The notes below the pieces were generated by a model. The model searched no databases, had not been told where the DNA came from, and worked only from the letters and a program-made list of their open reading frames with translations. DNA of 64,000 nucleotides from Roseomonas sp. (lineage in GTDB: Bacteria > Pseudomonadota > Alphaproteobacteria > Acetobacterales > Acetobacteraceae): contig DATMRU010000032.1 of the NCBI GenBank assembly GCA_035565935.1, forward strand, positions 22,436 through 86,435, in the 5' to 3' direction. The stretch's first letter is position 1, and each line of letters opens with the position of its first letter. The position numbers were made by a program, and so were the translations under genes. Positions 8,578 to 16,405 of this stretch are shown here, piece after piece.

Positions 8578-10032
8578 TCACTCAGCCGGGTGGGTGGCGT
8601 CGTCGTAGAACCAGGTCAGCTCCGCATCCCAGCGGAGCCGGATGATGCCGGTGGGGCCCTGGCGCTGCTTGGCTAAGATCAACTCGGCCTTGCCTTTGCA
8701 GGCCTCAACCAGGCTGAGCCAGGCCGCCTCGCGGTCCGCGAGGTCCTCGGCGGACTCGTTGTCTTTGCGGGTCGGAGGATTTTTCGCGAGGTAGTAGTGC
8801 TCGCGGTGCAGGAACATGACCACGTCGGCGTCCTGCTCGAGCGAGCCGGAATCGCGCAGATCGGACAGCTGCGGCCGCTTGCCCTCGCGCTTCTCATTCT
8901 CGCGGGAGAGCTGCGACAGCGCGACCACTGGCACCTTCAGCTCCTTGGCCATGGCCTTCAGGCCGCGGCTGATCTCGCTGACTGCTTCGTTGCGGCTTTG
9001 CCGCGCGGCGATGTCGCTGGCGCGTAGCAGGCCGAGATAATCCACTAGGATCAGATCCAGACCGCGTTGGCGCTTCATCCGCCGCGCGCGGCCGCGCAGA
9101 TGGGCGACACTGGGGCTGGACGCTTCTTCGAACTCGATCGGCAACGCGGCGACGGCCATCTGGGCGCCCACAATGCGGTCGATCTTGCCCTGCGGGATTG
9201 GCTCGAGGCCCTCCGGCCCTTCCTGATGGCCGCTGAGCACTTCGACCAGGGGAATGTCAGCCTCGGCGGCCACCATGCGGGCCGTCACATCGGCCGCTGA
9301 CATCTCGGCCGTGACGAACAGGACTCGCATGCCGGCGCGCGCCGCGTTGCGGGCGATGGTCGCACCCAGGGCCGTCTTGCCCATGCTGGGCCGTGCGCCG
9401 ATCAGGATCAGCTGCTGCTCGCGGAAGCCTTTGGTCATGCGGTTTACGCCCCGCAGACCGGTATCCACGCCCAGCAGGCCGCCACGCGAACTGCGCGCCC
9501 GCATCATGTGCTCAACCGCGGCTTGCGCCGCCGCGCTCGCCGGGATCAGCGGCGCCGCCTGCCCGCCGCCCTCAGCCAGGGCGCTCAGGGCGGCCTCGGC
9601 CTCTTCGATCTGGACCTCGGGCGCCAGATCGGGCTCATCCCCGTGCGCCCGGTTAACGATGACCTCGCCGAGATCGATCAGCTGGCGCCGCTGCCAGCAG
9701 TCCAGCACCACCCGCCCGTATTCGCCGGCATTGATGACGCCGACCGTGGCAGTCAGCAGCTGAGCGAGGTACCCGATGCCGCCCAGTTCCCCCAGCGCCC
9801 GGGAGCCTTCGAACTCGCCGCGCAGGGTGACCGCGTCGGCGACCTGGCCCGCCTCCACCCGGCGCTGGATGGCGGCAAAGATGGCGCCATGCGCCGGATG
9901 CGCGAAATGCTCGGGCCGGAGGAAGTCGGAGACGCGCTCATAGGCCCGGTTATTGGCCAGCAGCGCGCCCAGCAGGGACTGTTCGGCCAGGGTGTTGTGC
10001 GGCGGATGGCGCAACGTCGCAAGGTCGGTCAT
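8578..10032 (-). CDS. dnaB: Phage replicative DNA helicase
   Basis: PPHNTLAEQSLLGALL, Walker A GARPSMGKT, ILVDYLGLL, LSQLSRE, LRDSGSLEQDADVVMFLHR, KQRQGPTG. Confidence 0.96.
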   Translation of the reverse strand: MTDLATLRHPPHNTLAEQSLLGALLANNRAYERVSDFLRPEHFAHPAHGAIFAAIQRRVEAGQVADAVTLRGEFEGSRALGELGGIGYLAQLLTATVGVINAGEYGRVVLDCWQRRQLIDLGEVIVNRAHGDEPDLAPEVQIEEAEAALSALAEGGGQAAPLIPASAAAQAAVEHMMRARSSRGGLLGVDTGLRGVNRMTKGFREQQLILIGARPSMGKTALGATIARNAARAGMRVLFVTAEMSAADVTARMVAAEADIPLVEVLSGHQEGPEGLEPIPQGKIDRIVGAQMAVAALPIEFEEASSPSVAHLRGRARRMKRQRGLDLILVDYLGLLRASDIAARQSRNEAVSEISRGLKAMAKELKVPVVALSQLSRENEKREGKRPQLSDLRDSGSLEQDADVVMFLHREHYYLAKNPPTRKDNESAEDLADREAAWLSLVEACKGKAELILAKQRQGPTGIIRLRWDAELTWFYDDATHPAE

Positions 10033-10274
10033 CGGGGCAGTCCAGTGGGCACGGCGTCCGCCGCGCGGCATTGCTGATGGAGCCGCAGTTCAGCGGCGAT
10101 GCGGTCCTGCATGGCGGCGAGCGCGGCGGCGCGCTGTGCGGCGGGCAGTGCGTTGATGGCGAGGGCGGCATTGCAGGCCAGCGAGGCCAGCGCGCGGCCG
10201 ATGGCGCGGCCATCCAGGGCCTGGGTGATCGCGGTACAGGCGCGCATGTCCGGCGACGGCAGAGCGGCGCTCAT
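10029..10274 (-). CDS. Hypothetical phage protein
   Basis: 81-aa Ala-rich ORF with ATGA overlaps on both sides (10271-10274 and 10029-10032). Confidence 0.65.
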   Translation of the reverse strand: MSAALPSPDMRACTAITQALDGRAIGRALASLACNAALAINALPAAQRAAALAAMQDRIAAELRLHQQCRAADAVPTGLPR

Positions 10275-10963
10275 GAGGATCGCGGCGCCGCCCGGCACCG
10301 GATCGCCAGATACTCCATGTGTTCGCCCTGGCGGCGCGTGAAGAGCAGCACCTGGCCGCCCGCTGCAGCACCCGAGGCCTCCAGCGCATCCTGCAGGGCC
10401 AGGGCGACATCCGGCGCCCGTTCCTCGCGCGCCAGGCCGCGCGCCGCGGCGAGATGGCCCCGGAAATAGACGAAGCGCTCGCCCGGGGCGGCTGTCTGCA
10501 ACCACTCACCAAAGCCGCCGGGCGCCGCCTGCGGAGGGGGTCGGGAGCCGCCCTCGCCGGCTCCCGATGTGCCAGAGGGACCTGCCGCCCCCTCCGGCCG
10601 CGGCGTGGGACGGATGGGGGGCGCGACGCGTTTCGCCTCCCGCGCTCGAGGGACCGCATTTTTGCGCGGCGTCGGCGCCGCGATCTTTGTCGGCATGGGC
10701 GGCACCGGCTGGTCCCGCCAGCCCGGCAGCACCTGCACCATGTGCCGGTGTTCGACCTTGGCAATCCGGATGACGCCGGCCAGCTCGGCGCGTCGCAGTG
10801 CTTCCCGGGCTGTGGCCTTGCAGCGGATACCGAGAGCCTGCGCGACGGCCGCATGGGACGGGCACAGCGCTGGCATTAAGCCGAATTGCTGATGCAGCCA
10901 AGCCGCCAGCCGACTGGTCCGTTCGCGGCGGATCCGCTCGGCATTGCTGAGGGGCTCGTTCAT
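10271..10963 (-). CDS. Phage protein with LexA-like N-terminal winged HTH, Pro-rich linker and C-terminal globular domain
   Basis: CPSHAAVAQALGIRCKATAREALRRAELAGVIRI resembles LexA DNA-binding domain. Confidence 0.6.
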   Translation of the reverse strand: MNEPLSNAERIRRERTSRLAAWLHQQFGLMPALCPSHAAVAQALGIRCKATAREALRRAELAGVIRIAKVEHRHMVQVLPGWRDQPVPPMPTKIAAPTPRKNAVPRAREAKRVAPPIRPTPRPEGAAGPSGTSGAGEGGSRPPPQAAPGGFGEWLQTAAPGERFVYFRGHLAAARGLAREERAPDVALALQDALEASGAAAGGQVLLFTRRQGEHMEYLAIRCRAAPRSS

Positions 10964-10999
10964 TGCCCGCTCCACCACAGCGCCGCGCGTCGGGAAGCT

Positions 11000-11443
11000 T
11001 CAGCTCGCAGGGTCGCCAGATCCACGACGTCGGTCCACCGTCGCTCTCTCCACAGAGCGAAATGTGCCATGAACTTGTTCCAACGCTGCCTCATGCGTGC
11101 TCCTCAGGGCGTCGAGCCGCGCGGTGAGCAGAGCGCGCTGGGCATCGAGCCGGCGGGTTTCCTGGGCAATCCACGCCGCATATCCGGCGCTGATGCGCTG
11201 GCTCTCACTCACGCGGGGATCGGTGATTTCCTGGTGCCAGTAGCTGCGCACACGCCGCGGCGTGATGTCGCAAAGTCGGGCTACAGCTTCATAGGCGCGG
11301 TCCAGGCCAGTGTTCCTAAAGGCCAGAACCATCTCGCGGATCATGTCCGGAGCGGCGACTGACTCAGACACGGCTAAAACCTCCAGAGGTTTGGGCGAAA
11401 CGTCCAACATTGCGGGTGCCCTCCATGGCTTCATTTCGGCCAT
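11000..11443 (-). CDS. Hypothetical phage regulator at CII position
   Basis: HTH-like AYEAVARLCDITPRRVRSYW plus coiled coil; directly downstream of cro. Confidence 0.6.
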   Translation of the reverse strand: MAEMKPWRAPAMLDVSPKPLEVLAVSESVAAPDMIREMVLAFRNTGLDRAYEAVARLCDITPRRVRSYWHQEITDPRVSESQRISAGYAAWIAQETRRLDAQRALLTARLDALRSTHEAALEQVHGTFRSVERATVDRRRGSGDPAS

Positions 11444-11533
11444 GGAGGCTGCTCACTTGAGAACCGACTGCGCTAACGAGCTGGGGCTGGCACCCCAGCT
11501 CGGCCTGTCCCGCCTGGGTCATGAAGGCAGCCA

Positions 11534-11890
11534 TCAGACGGTCTCCGGGCAGCTGAAGCCCCGCGCGGGCTCCGCGCCGAAACCAGTGTCCGCCTCATGC
11601 TTCCAGTTTGGTCGCCTGCGTCTGGGGGTTGCCCTGTGGATATCTCCACAACTCACCCCGTTTTGTACGTTGGACGAACAAGTCGGAGGAGTACGAGGAG
11701 ACGTATGGAACCCTCCGCTTGCGGCGGTAACGGCCCCCTTCGTCACCTCCTCGATCTTTCGCAGGCGCGCGAAGGACGGGGCACCTTCGCCGCGCAGCCA
11801 ACGGCCGACCGTGACGTGCGACACCCCCACCATCGCGCCAAACGCCGTAAGCGTCAGATCGTTCTGGATGAGATAATGGCGAAGTTCCAT
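11534..11890 (-). CDS. cro: Cro-like XRE repressor
   Basis: MELRHYLIQNDLTLTAFGAMVGVSHVTVGRWLRGEGAPS; divergent from cI. Confidence 0.85.
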   Translation of the reverse strand: MELRHYLIQNDLTLTAFGAMVGVSHVTVGRWLRGEGAPSFARLRKIEEVTKGAVTAASGGFHTSPRTPPTCSSNVQNGVSCGDIHRATPRRRRPNWKHEADTGFGAEPARGFSCPETV

Positions 11891-11899
11891 GAGATGGAA

Positions 11900-11925
11900 T
11901 GTACGGAATGTGTACATGCCGTACA
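11900..11925. promoter_or_regulatory. OR-like operator(s) between cro and cI
   Basis: TGTAC-N7-GTACA at 11900-11916, overlapping TGTAC-N5-GTACA at 11911-11925. Confidence 0.7.
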
Positions 11926-11983
11926 AGTGGCGTGTGCGGAACTTACGCCTGCCGCATCCAAGCTGGGTCGGCGATCCTCGCGC

Positions 11984-12292
11984 ATGCACGACCATCTCAG
12001 AGCGTGGCGCGAAGCCTCCGGCTTGACACTCCAGCAAGTCGCGAACAAACTCGGAACAACGCACGCAACCGTAAGTCGCTGGGAGTCGGGGTTGCAGGCT
12101 ATACATCCTCAGAAATTCAAGGCGTTAGCTGAGGTGTATGGAGCCACGCCCGCCGAATTGCTGGTGGCACCCAACGACCGAGAGATGGCCAAACGGTTTC
12201 ACCGCGCGGCCGAGATCATCAGCAAGCTCAGCGACCAGGAGGTGGAGCAGTGGCTGGGAATCGGCCAGTCCCTCGCAGGGCGTGAAAAATAG
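11984..12292 (+). CDS. cI: CI-like XRE repressor lacking S24 peptidase domain
   Basis: HLRAWREASGLTLQQVANKLGTTHATVSRWESG; only 102 aa. Confidence 0.85.
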   Translation: MHDHLRAWREASGLTLQQVANKLGTTHATVSRWESGLQAIHPQKFKALAEVYGATPAELLVAPNDREMAKRFHRAAEIISKLSDQEVEQWLGIGQSLAGREK

Positions 12293-12294
12293 CC

Positions 12295-12348
12295 TGTACG
12301 CTTGCCGCACATTTATATTGTCGTGTATGTACATCTAGCGTACATACA
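12295..12348. promoter_or_regulatory. OL-like operators upstream of early genes
   Basis: TGTAC-N7-GCACA at 12295-12311 and perfect TGTATGTAC-N7-GTACATACA at 12324-12348. Confidence 0.75.
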
Positions 12349-12371
12349 GGGGCGTCCGAAGAGGATGCCCT

Positions 12372-12653
12372 ATGTCAGTTTCCCCGCAAGTTTCGAGCAG
12401 GCCGGGCGGACCTCAGCCCGCCAGCCGCCCGCACGAAGTCATCAGCTCGACCAGCCGCTGTGTCATCGTCAGCAGCGGCGGCGAGGTTCTCGCCACGATC
12501 CACGCCGGCGGCACGATCACCGGCGACAAGCCCGCCGCTCTGGCCGCCGTCCGCGCCAGCAACACGCCACACTGGCGGCTGCAGACCAGCACCATCGCGG
12601 CGCTGCACTACGCGATTGAGCTGGACCTGCTGCGCGCCGAGCTGGGGCGATGA
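12372..12653 (+). CDS. Hypothetical early phage protein
   Basis: GAGG RBS; ATGA overlap with next ORF. Confidence 0.6.
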   Translation: MSVSPQVSSRPGGPQPASRPHEVISSTSRCVIVSSGGEVLATIHAGGTITGDKPAALAAVRASNTPHWRLQTSTIAALHYAIELDLLRAELGR

Positions 12654-13120
12654 CGGCACTGCCTCTACCCTCGCCTGTCGCCCCCGTGGTCGGCACTCTA
12701 CTGGCGACGCCCGGCCTCACCGGCCGGGAGATCCACCATGCGGCGCAGATTATCCGCGCCGTCGCGGCTGGCTGGAGCGATGGCCGCTTGGCGCGATCCT
12801 GGATCGCCGCGGGTGACTTCCTCGAGCGGATCGCCCTCGCTTTCGAGCCACAGCCCCCCTCACCTCCCATTGCGGAGCAGCGGCGGCGCAAGGGCGCGAC
12901 GCTCATCCCGCAGCTGATCCGGCCCGCGGAGCCGGAGTTCGCCGTGCTGCGCAACATGCCCGCCCCCTATGCCCTAGCCCGCACGCTGGAGGGCGCCCGC
13001 GCGGCCGCGATCGTCGCGGGCGAGCGCGATCCCGATTCCTTCCTCACCGTGCTGCAGGTGCTGGAGACGCATCACCTCGGCACCTGGTGGCCCGATCCCG
13101 ACGTGGAGAATCTCGCATGA
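12650..13120 (+). CDS. Hypothetical early phage protein
   Basis: 156 aa, coupled by ATGA overlaps on both sides. Confidence 0.7.
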   Translation: MTALPLPSPVAPVVGTLLATPGLTGREIHHAAQIIRAVAAGWSDGRLARSWIAAGDFLERIALAFEPQPPSPPIAEQRRRKGATLIPQLIRPAEPEFAVLRNMPAPYALARTLEGARAAAIVAGERDPDSFLTVLQVLETHHLGTWWPDPDVENLA

Positions 13121-13497
13121 CCGGCCAAGATCTCACGCAGAGCCTGGAGCAGGCTCTTGCCTCTGTGCCGCTCGGTGCCGTCGCCGTGACGCGCGCCCTC
13201 GATCCCGCCAACGTTCTGGTGCGGCGGCTGCTGGCGCTTCCCGGCCCGCAGCACCATGAGCTGCGCCAGATTGGCGGGCGCATGGCGTCCTCTCTGCTCA
13301 GCCTGCAGGATGCCCTCCGCTGCGAGGCCTGGGAGCTGGTGACGCATCGGCTGCGCTACCTGCAGGCCCAGGCCCTGGTGGTGCAGAACGTCGAGAGCAG
13401 CCTGCGGGAGGACCCTGCCCCGGAGGCGCCGGAGCTCGGCGCGAACGTGCTGCGCTTCGGCCGCGCCCGTTCCTTCGCGCTGGCGACGCTGCACTGA
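13117..13497 (+). CDS. Hypothetical early phage protein
   Basis: ATGA overlap at 13117; TGATG overlap with next ORF. Confidence 0.65.
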   Translation: MTGQDLTQSLEQALASVPLGAVAVTRALDPANVLVRRLLALPGPQHHELRQIGGRMASSLLSLQDALRCEAWELVTHRLRYLQAQALVVQNVESSLREDPAPEAPELGANVLRFGRARSFALATLH

Positions 13498-13613
13498 TGC
13501 GCGACGCACCGGAGGACAGCCGCGGCCTGGAGACGGTCGCGCTTTGCGTGGCGGCGGCGTTCGGCCTGGTCCTGATCGGCCTGGGCGTCGCCCGCTTCTG
13601 GGCGCTGCCATGA
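13497..13613 (+). CDS. 38-aa single-pass membrane peptide, not in ORF track
   Basis: MRDAPEDSRGLETVALCVAAAFGLVLIGLGVARFWALP; fills the gap exactly with TGATG and ATGA overlaps. Confidence 0.65.
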   Translation: MRDAPEDSRGLETVALCVAAAFGLVLIGLGVARFWALP

Positions 13614-13885
13614 GCACCTGGTCGCCGGAGCGCCGCGAGGCGCAGGCCGCGCGCATGCGGGCACTCAATGCCGTGCGGCGCGGCCAGATGCCACCCCCGC
13701 CCCCGCCGCCCACCAATCACCGCGACATCCTGGACGAGGCCCGCGAGCTGCTGGCCTCCGGGCTGTCCGTGGTGGAGGTGGCGCAGGCGCTCGACCTCCC
13801 GCGCAACGAGGTCAGCGACCTGAAATTCCGCCTGCAGGAGAACCAGCAGGCGGCCCGCAACGCCAGCCGGAGCCGCAGTCCATGA
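13610..13885 (+). CDS. Small HTH protein
   Basis: ARELLASGLSVVEVAQALDLPRNEVSDLK; ATGA overlaps. Confidence 0.65.
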   Translation: MSTWSPERREAQAARMRALNAVRRGQMPPPPPPPTNHRDILDEARELLASGLSVVEVAQALDLPRNEVSDLKFRLQENQQAARNASRSRSP

Positions 13886-14166
13886 GCGAGGTCATCCACG
13901 ACATCCGACAGAACGACGTGGAGGATACAGAGCCCGGCGGCATCGCCGCCGATCGGCTGCGCTCGATCATCGAACGCGTCGAGCGCCTGGAGGAAGAGCG
14001 CAAAGATCTCGCCGAAGACATCAGGACGATCATGGCAGAGGCCAAGGGTGCCGGCTTCGACCCGAAGGTGGTCCGCCAGATCATCCGGATCCGCAGGCAG
14101 GAACCGGCCAAGGTGGAAGAGCAGGAAACGCTGCTGGACCTCTATCGCCACGCGCTGGGGATGTGA
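13882..14166 (+). CDS. gapR: Phage-encoded GapR (DUF2312) nucleoid-associated protein
   Basis: AADRLRSIIERVERLEEERKDLAEDIRTIMAEAKGAGFDPKVVRQIIRIR...LLDLYRHALGM. Confidence 0.92.
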   Translation: MSEVIHDIRQNDVEDTEPGGIAADRLRSIIERVERLEEERKDLAEDIRTIMAEAKGAGFDPKVVRQIIRIRRQEPAKVEEQETLLDLYRHALGM

Positions 14167-14378
14167 CCGTGGCCAACATCAATCGCCTGGAGCGCCTCGC
14201 CCGCGAGGCGAAGAGCGCCTCCGCCGCCCTGGAGAAGGCCACCCGTCGGCCCGACCAGGCCGCCATTGCGGCGGCCTACCGGGAGGCAGAGGCAGCTGCG
14301 ACGGTCTTCCTCGAGGAAGCTACGCCGGATGCATGGCTGGAGCTGATCGAAAAGCTGCGGGCGAAGAAGGGGATTTAG
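14163..14378 (+). CDS. Hypothetical phage protein
   Basis: 71 aa helical; GTGA overlap with gapR stop. Confidence 0.65.
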   Translation: MTVANINRLERLAREAKSASAALEKATRRPDQAAIAAAYREAEAAATVFLEEATPDAWLELIEKLRAKKGI

Positions 14379-14379
14379 G

Positions 14380-14724
14380 ATGAACCGCGCGAGTGAAGTT
14401 CCGCAGCGCATCCAGCGACGGCGAGCGAAGGGCTGGCGAATGCCGGAGGACGCCGTCTATGTCGGGCGCCCCAGCGCCTTCGGGAATCCCTTCCGAGCCT
14501 CCGATCCTGATCTGGCTGCGCGCATGTTCCGTTGCTGGCTGACCGGCAGCGTGCGAAGCGCGCCTCTCCTGGAGTGCCGCCAGGTGATGTCGGGCCGGTT
14601 GGAGCCGGTGCGGCAGGAGATGCTCCGCGCCCTCCCAATGCTGCGCGGCCGTGACCTGGCGTGCTGGTGCCGCACCAATCGTCCCTGCCACGCCGATGTT
14701 CTGCTGGAGCTGGCCAATGGCTGA
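14380..14724 (+). CDS. DUF4326-family phage protein
   Basis: AVYVGRPSAFGNPF and LRGRDLACWC...CHADVLLELAN. Confidence 0.88.
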   Translation: MNRASEVPQRIQRRRAKGWRMPEDAVYVGRPSAFGNPFRASDPDLAARMFRCWLTGSVRSAPLLECRQVMSGRLEPVRQEMLRALPMLRGRDLACWCRTNRPCHADVLLELANG

Positions 14725-14806
14725 CCGCTACCTCTCTGACGCCGTTCACGCCGCCGCCCTGATCGCGAGATTCGCGGAGATGGAGCTGGAGAGGCGCAAT
14801 GGGTGA
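14717..14806 (+). CDS. 29-aa ORF, not in ORF track
   Basis: MADRYLSDAVHAAALIARFAEMELERRNG; overlaps both neighbours by 8 nt. Confidence 0.45.
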   Translation: MADRYLSDAVHAAALIARFAEMELERRNG

Positions 14807-15143
14807 TCGCCTCCAGACCCGCGCAGAGGTCGCCGCCTACTTCCGCATCTCCTACCGTCACTTGCAGGAGATAGAGGTACTTCACGCCGTCCCGGTTCTG
14901 AGACTCGGCCGGGCCATTCGCTATGATCGAGCCGCCCTGGCCCACCTGGAGAACGCCCTTCGATGCCCCTCAAGCTTACCAAGCGCGCCGGCGCGGCCAC
15001 TTGGCAGATTGTCGGCACAGTCGCCGGGCAGCGCGTCCGCCAGTCTGCGGGTACTGCTGACCGACGCCTCGCGGAGGAAGCCAGGGCGGCGCTCGAAGCA
15101 CGCCTCTACCGTGGTGCCGTTTACGGCGAACGGACGGTCGTAA
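14799..15143 (+). CDS. xis: Excisionase (MerR/AlpA-like HTH) overlapping int
   Basis: LQTRAEVAAYFRISYRHL...VLRLGRAIRYDRAAL; directly upstream of integrase. Confidence 0.8.
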   Translation: MGDRLQTRAEVAAYFRISYRHLQEIEVLHAVPVLRLGRAIRYDRAALAHLENALRCPSSLPSAPARPLGRLSAQSPGSASASLRVLLTDASRRKPGRRSKHASTVVPFTANGRS

Positions 15144-16162
15144 CCTGGTCCCAGGCCGCGCTCTCCTACAGTCAGGTTGAGCAGCCGAGCCCGACGACAG
15201 CACGCTACCTGCTCAGGCTAAGCGACCACCTCGGTGACACGCTGTTGAAGGACATTGATCAGGCGGCCCTGGACCGCGCCTGCGCAGCACTGGTCAGACC
15301 GGATGCGGCGCCAGCGACGCGCCTCCGGGCTGTCATCACCCCCCTGCAGGCAGTCTTGAACCATGCAGCTCGGCGGGGCTGGTGCGATCGGCCCATGTTC
15401 GAAAAACCCAAAGGAGCCGGGGGAGTGAAGCGGACGCGATGGCTAACGCCTGAAGAGTACACCGCTCTCCGCGAGGCGGCAGCACCGCATCTCCGGCCTC
15501 TGGTCATCTTCCTGGCCGGCACGGGGGCCCGCCTGAGCGAGGCTCTCGGCCTGCAATGGGCCGACGTGAACCTCCGGCTGGGCACGGCCCTGCTGCGAGA
15601 CACAAAGAACGGTCGCGACCGCCAGGTTGAGCTCCTGCCCGCTGTCGTGGCCGCTATGGCGAGCATCACCTATCCCGTGCGCCAGGAGGATCGGACACTG
15701 GTGGAGGTCGCCGAGCGCACTGGCTCGGTATTCCGTACCAGCGCAGGGCGGCCCTACGCGGAGACAGGCGGCCTTTGGGGTGGACAGATCGCCACGGCCT
15801 GGGCAGGAGCCTGCCGGCGAGCCAGGCTGCCGGGGAGCTGGCGGGAGGGCAAGCCTCGCCGCATCCAGGAGCGCTTGGTAGTGAAGGGTAAGGTCGTGAC
15901 CCGCATCAAGGAGGTCCGGGATCGCTGGTGGCAGCCGGACGATGTGTCGCCGCACACCCTGCGGCACACCTGGGCGACTTGGCACTACGCTGTGCACCGC
16001 GACCTGCTACGCCTGAAGCATGAGGGTGATTGGTCCAGTGTTGGCTTGGTGGAGCGGTACGCGAAGCTTGCACCCTCCGCTGCCGTACCGGCCATTCTAG
16101 TGAGTTGGGGCGCTGCTAGCGCCGATGCTGCCAACCTTGGTCAGCTGCGTAGTGCAATCTGA
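14963..16162 (+). CDS. int: Prophage tyrosine integrase
   Basis: TGARLSEAL (R), TKNG (K), HTLRHTWATW (HxxR), GDWSS...VERYAKL (catalytic Y). Confidence 0.95.
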   Translation: MPLKLTKRAGAATWQIVGTVAGQRVRQSAGTADRRLAEEARAALEARLYRGAVYGERTVVTWSQAALSYSQVEQPSPTTARYLLRLSDHLGDTLLKDIDQAALDRACAALVRPDAAPATRLRAVITPLQAVLNHAARRGWCDRPMFEKPKGAGGVKRTRWLTPEEYTALREAAAPHLRPLVIFLAGTGARLSEALGLQWADVNLRLGTALLRDTKNGRDRQVELLPAVVAAMASITYPVRQEDRTLVEVAERTGSVFRTSAGRPYAETGGLWGGQIATAWAGACRRARLPGSWREGKPRRIQERLVVKGKVVTRIKEVRDRWWQPDDVSPHTLRHTWATWHYAVHRDLLRLKHEGDWSSVGLVERYAKLAPSAAVPAILVSWGAASADAANLGQLRSAI

Positions 16163-16405
16163 GACTGAACAGGGCGCAGATCAGTGAGGAACTGCCGCTT
16201 GCGAAGGTCAGTCACTCCGCTTGCGTGAGATTAAGGCCGCAGCGCAAAACGGACCGCTGCATGTCACTGCCCTGCTCGTCCCTGAACAGTTGCTTCACTG
16301 CAAAAGAACACAACCAACGGAACAACCAGGGGTTCTCTGCTCCTTGTCCCCGAACCAGCTCGGGAGCATCTTGGACGCCAAATCGACTCGTGGACACGGT
16401 CAGGA

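Noticed and set aside
16163-16405. Separate prophage att core directly after int
   Set aside because: No tRNA-like or repeated sequence recognised in the window; cannot be excluded without the left prophage end
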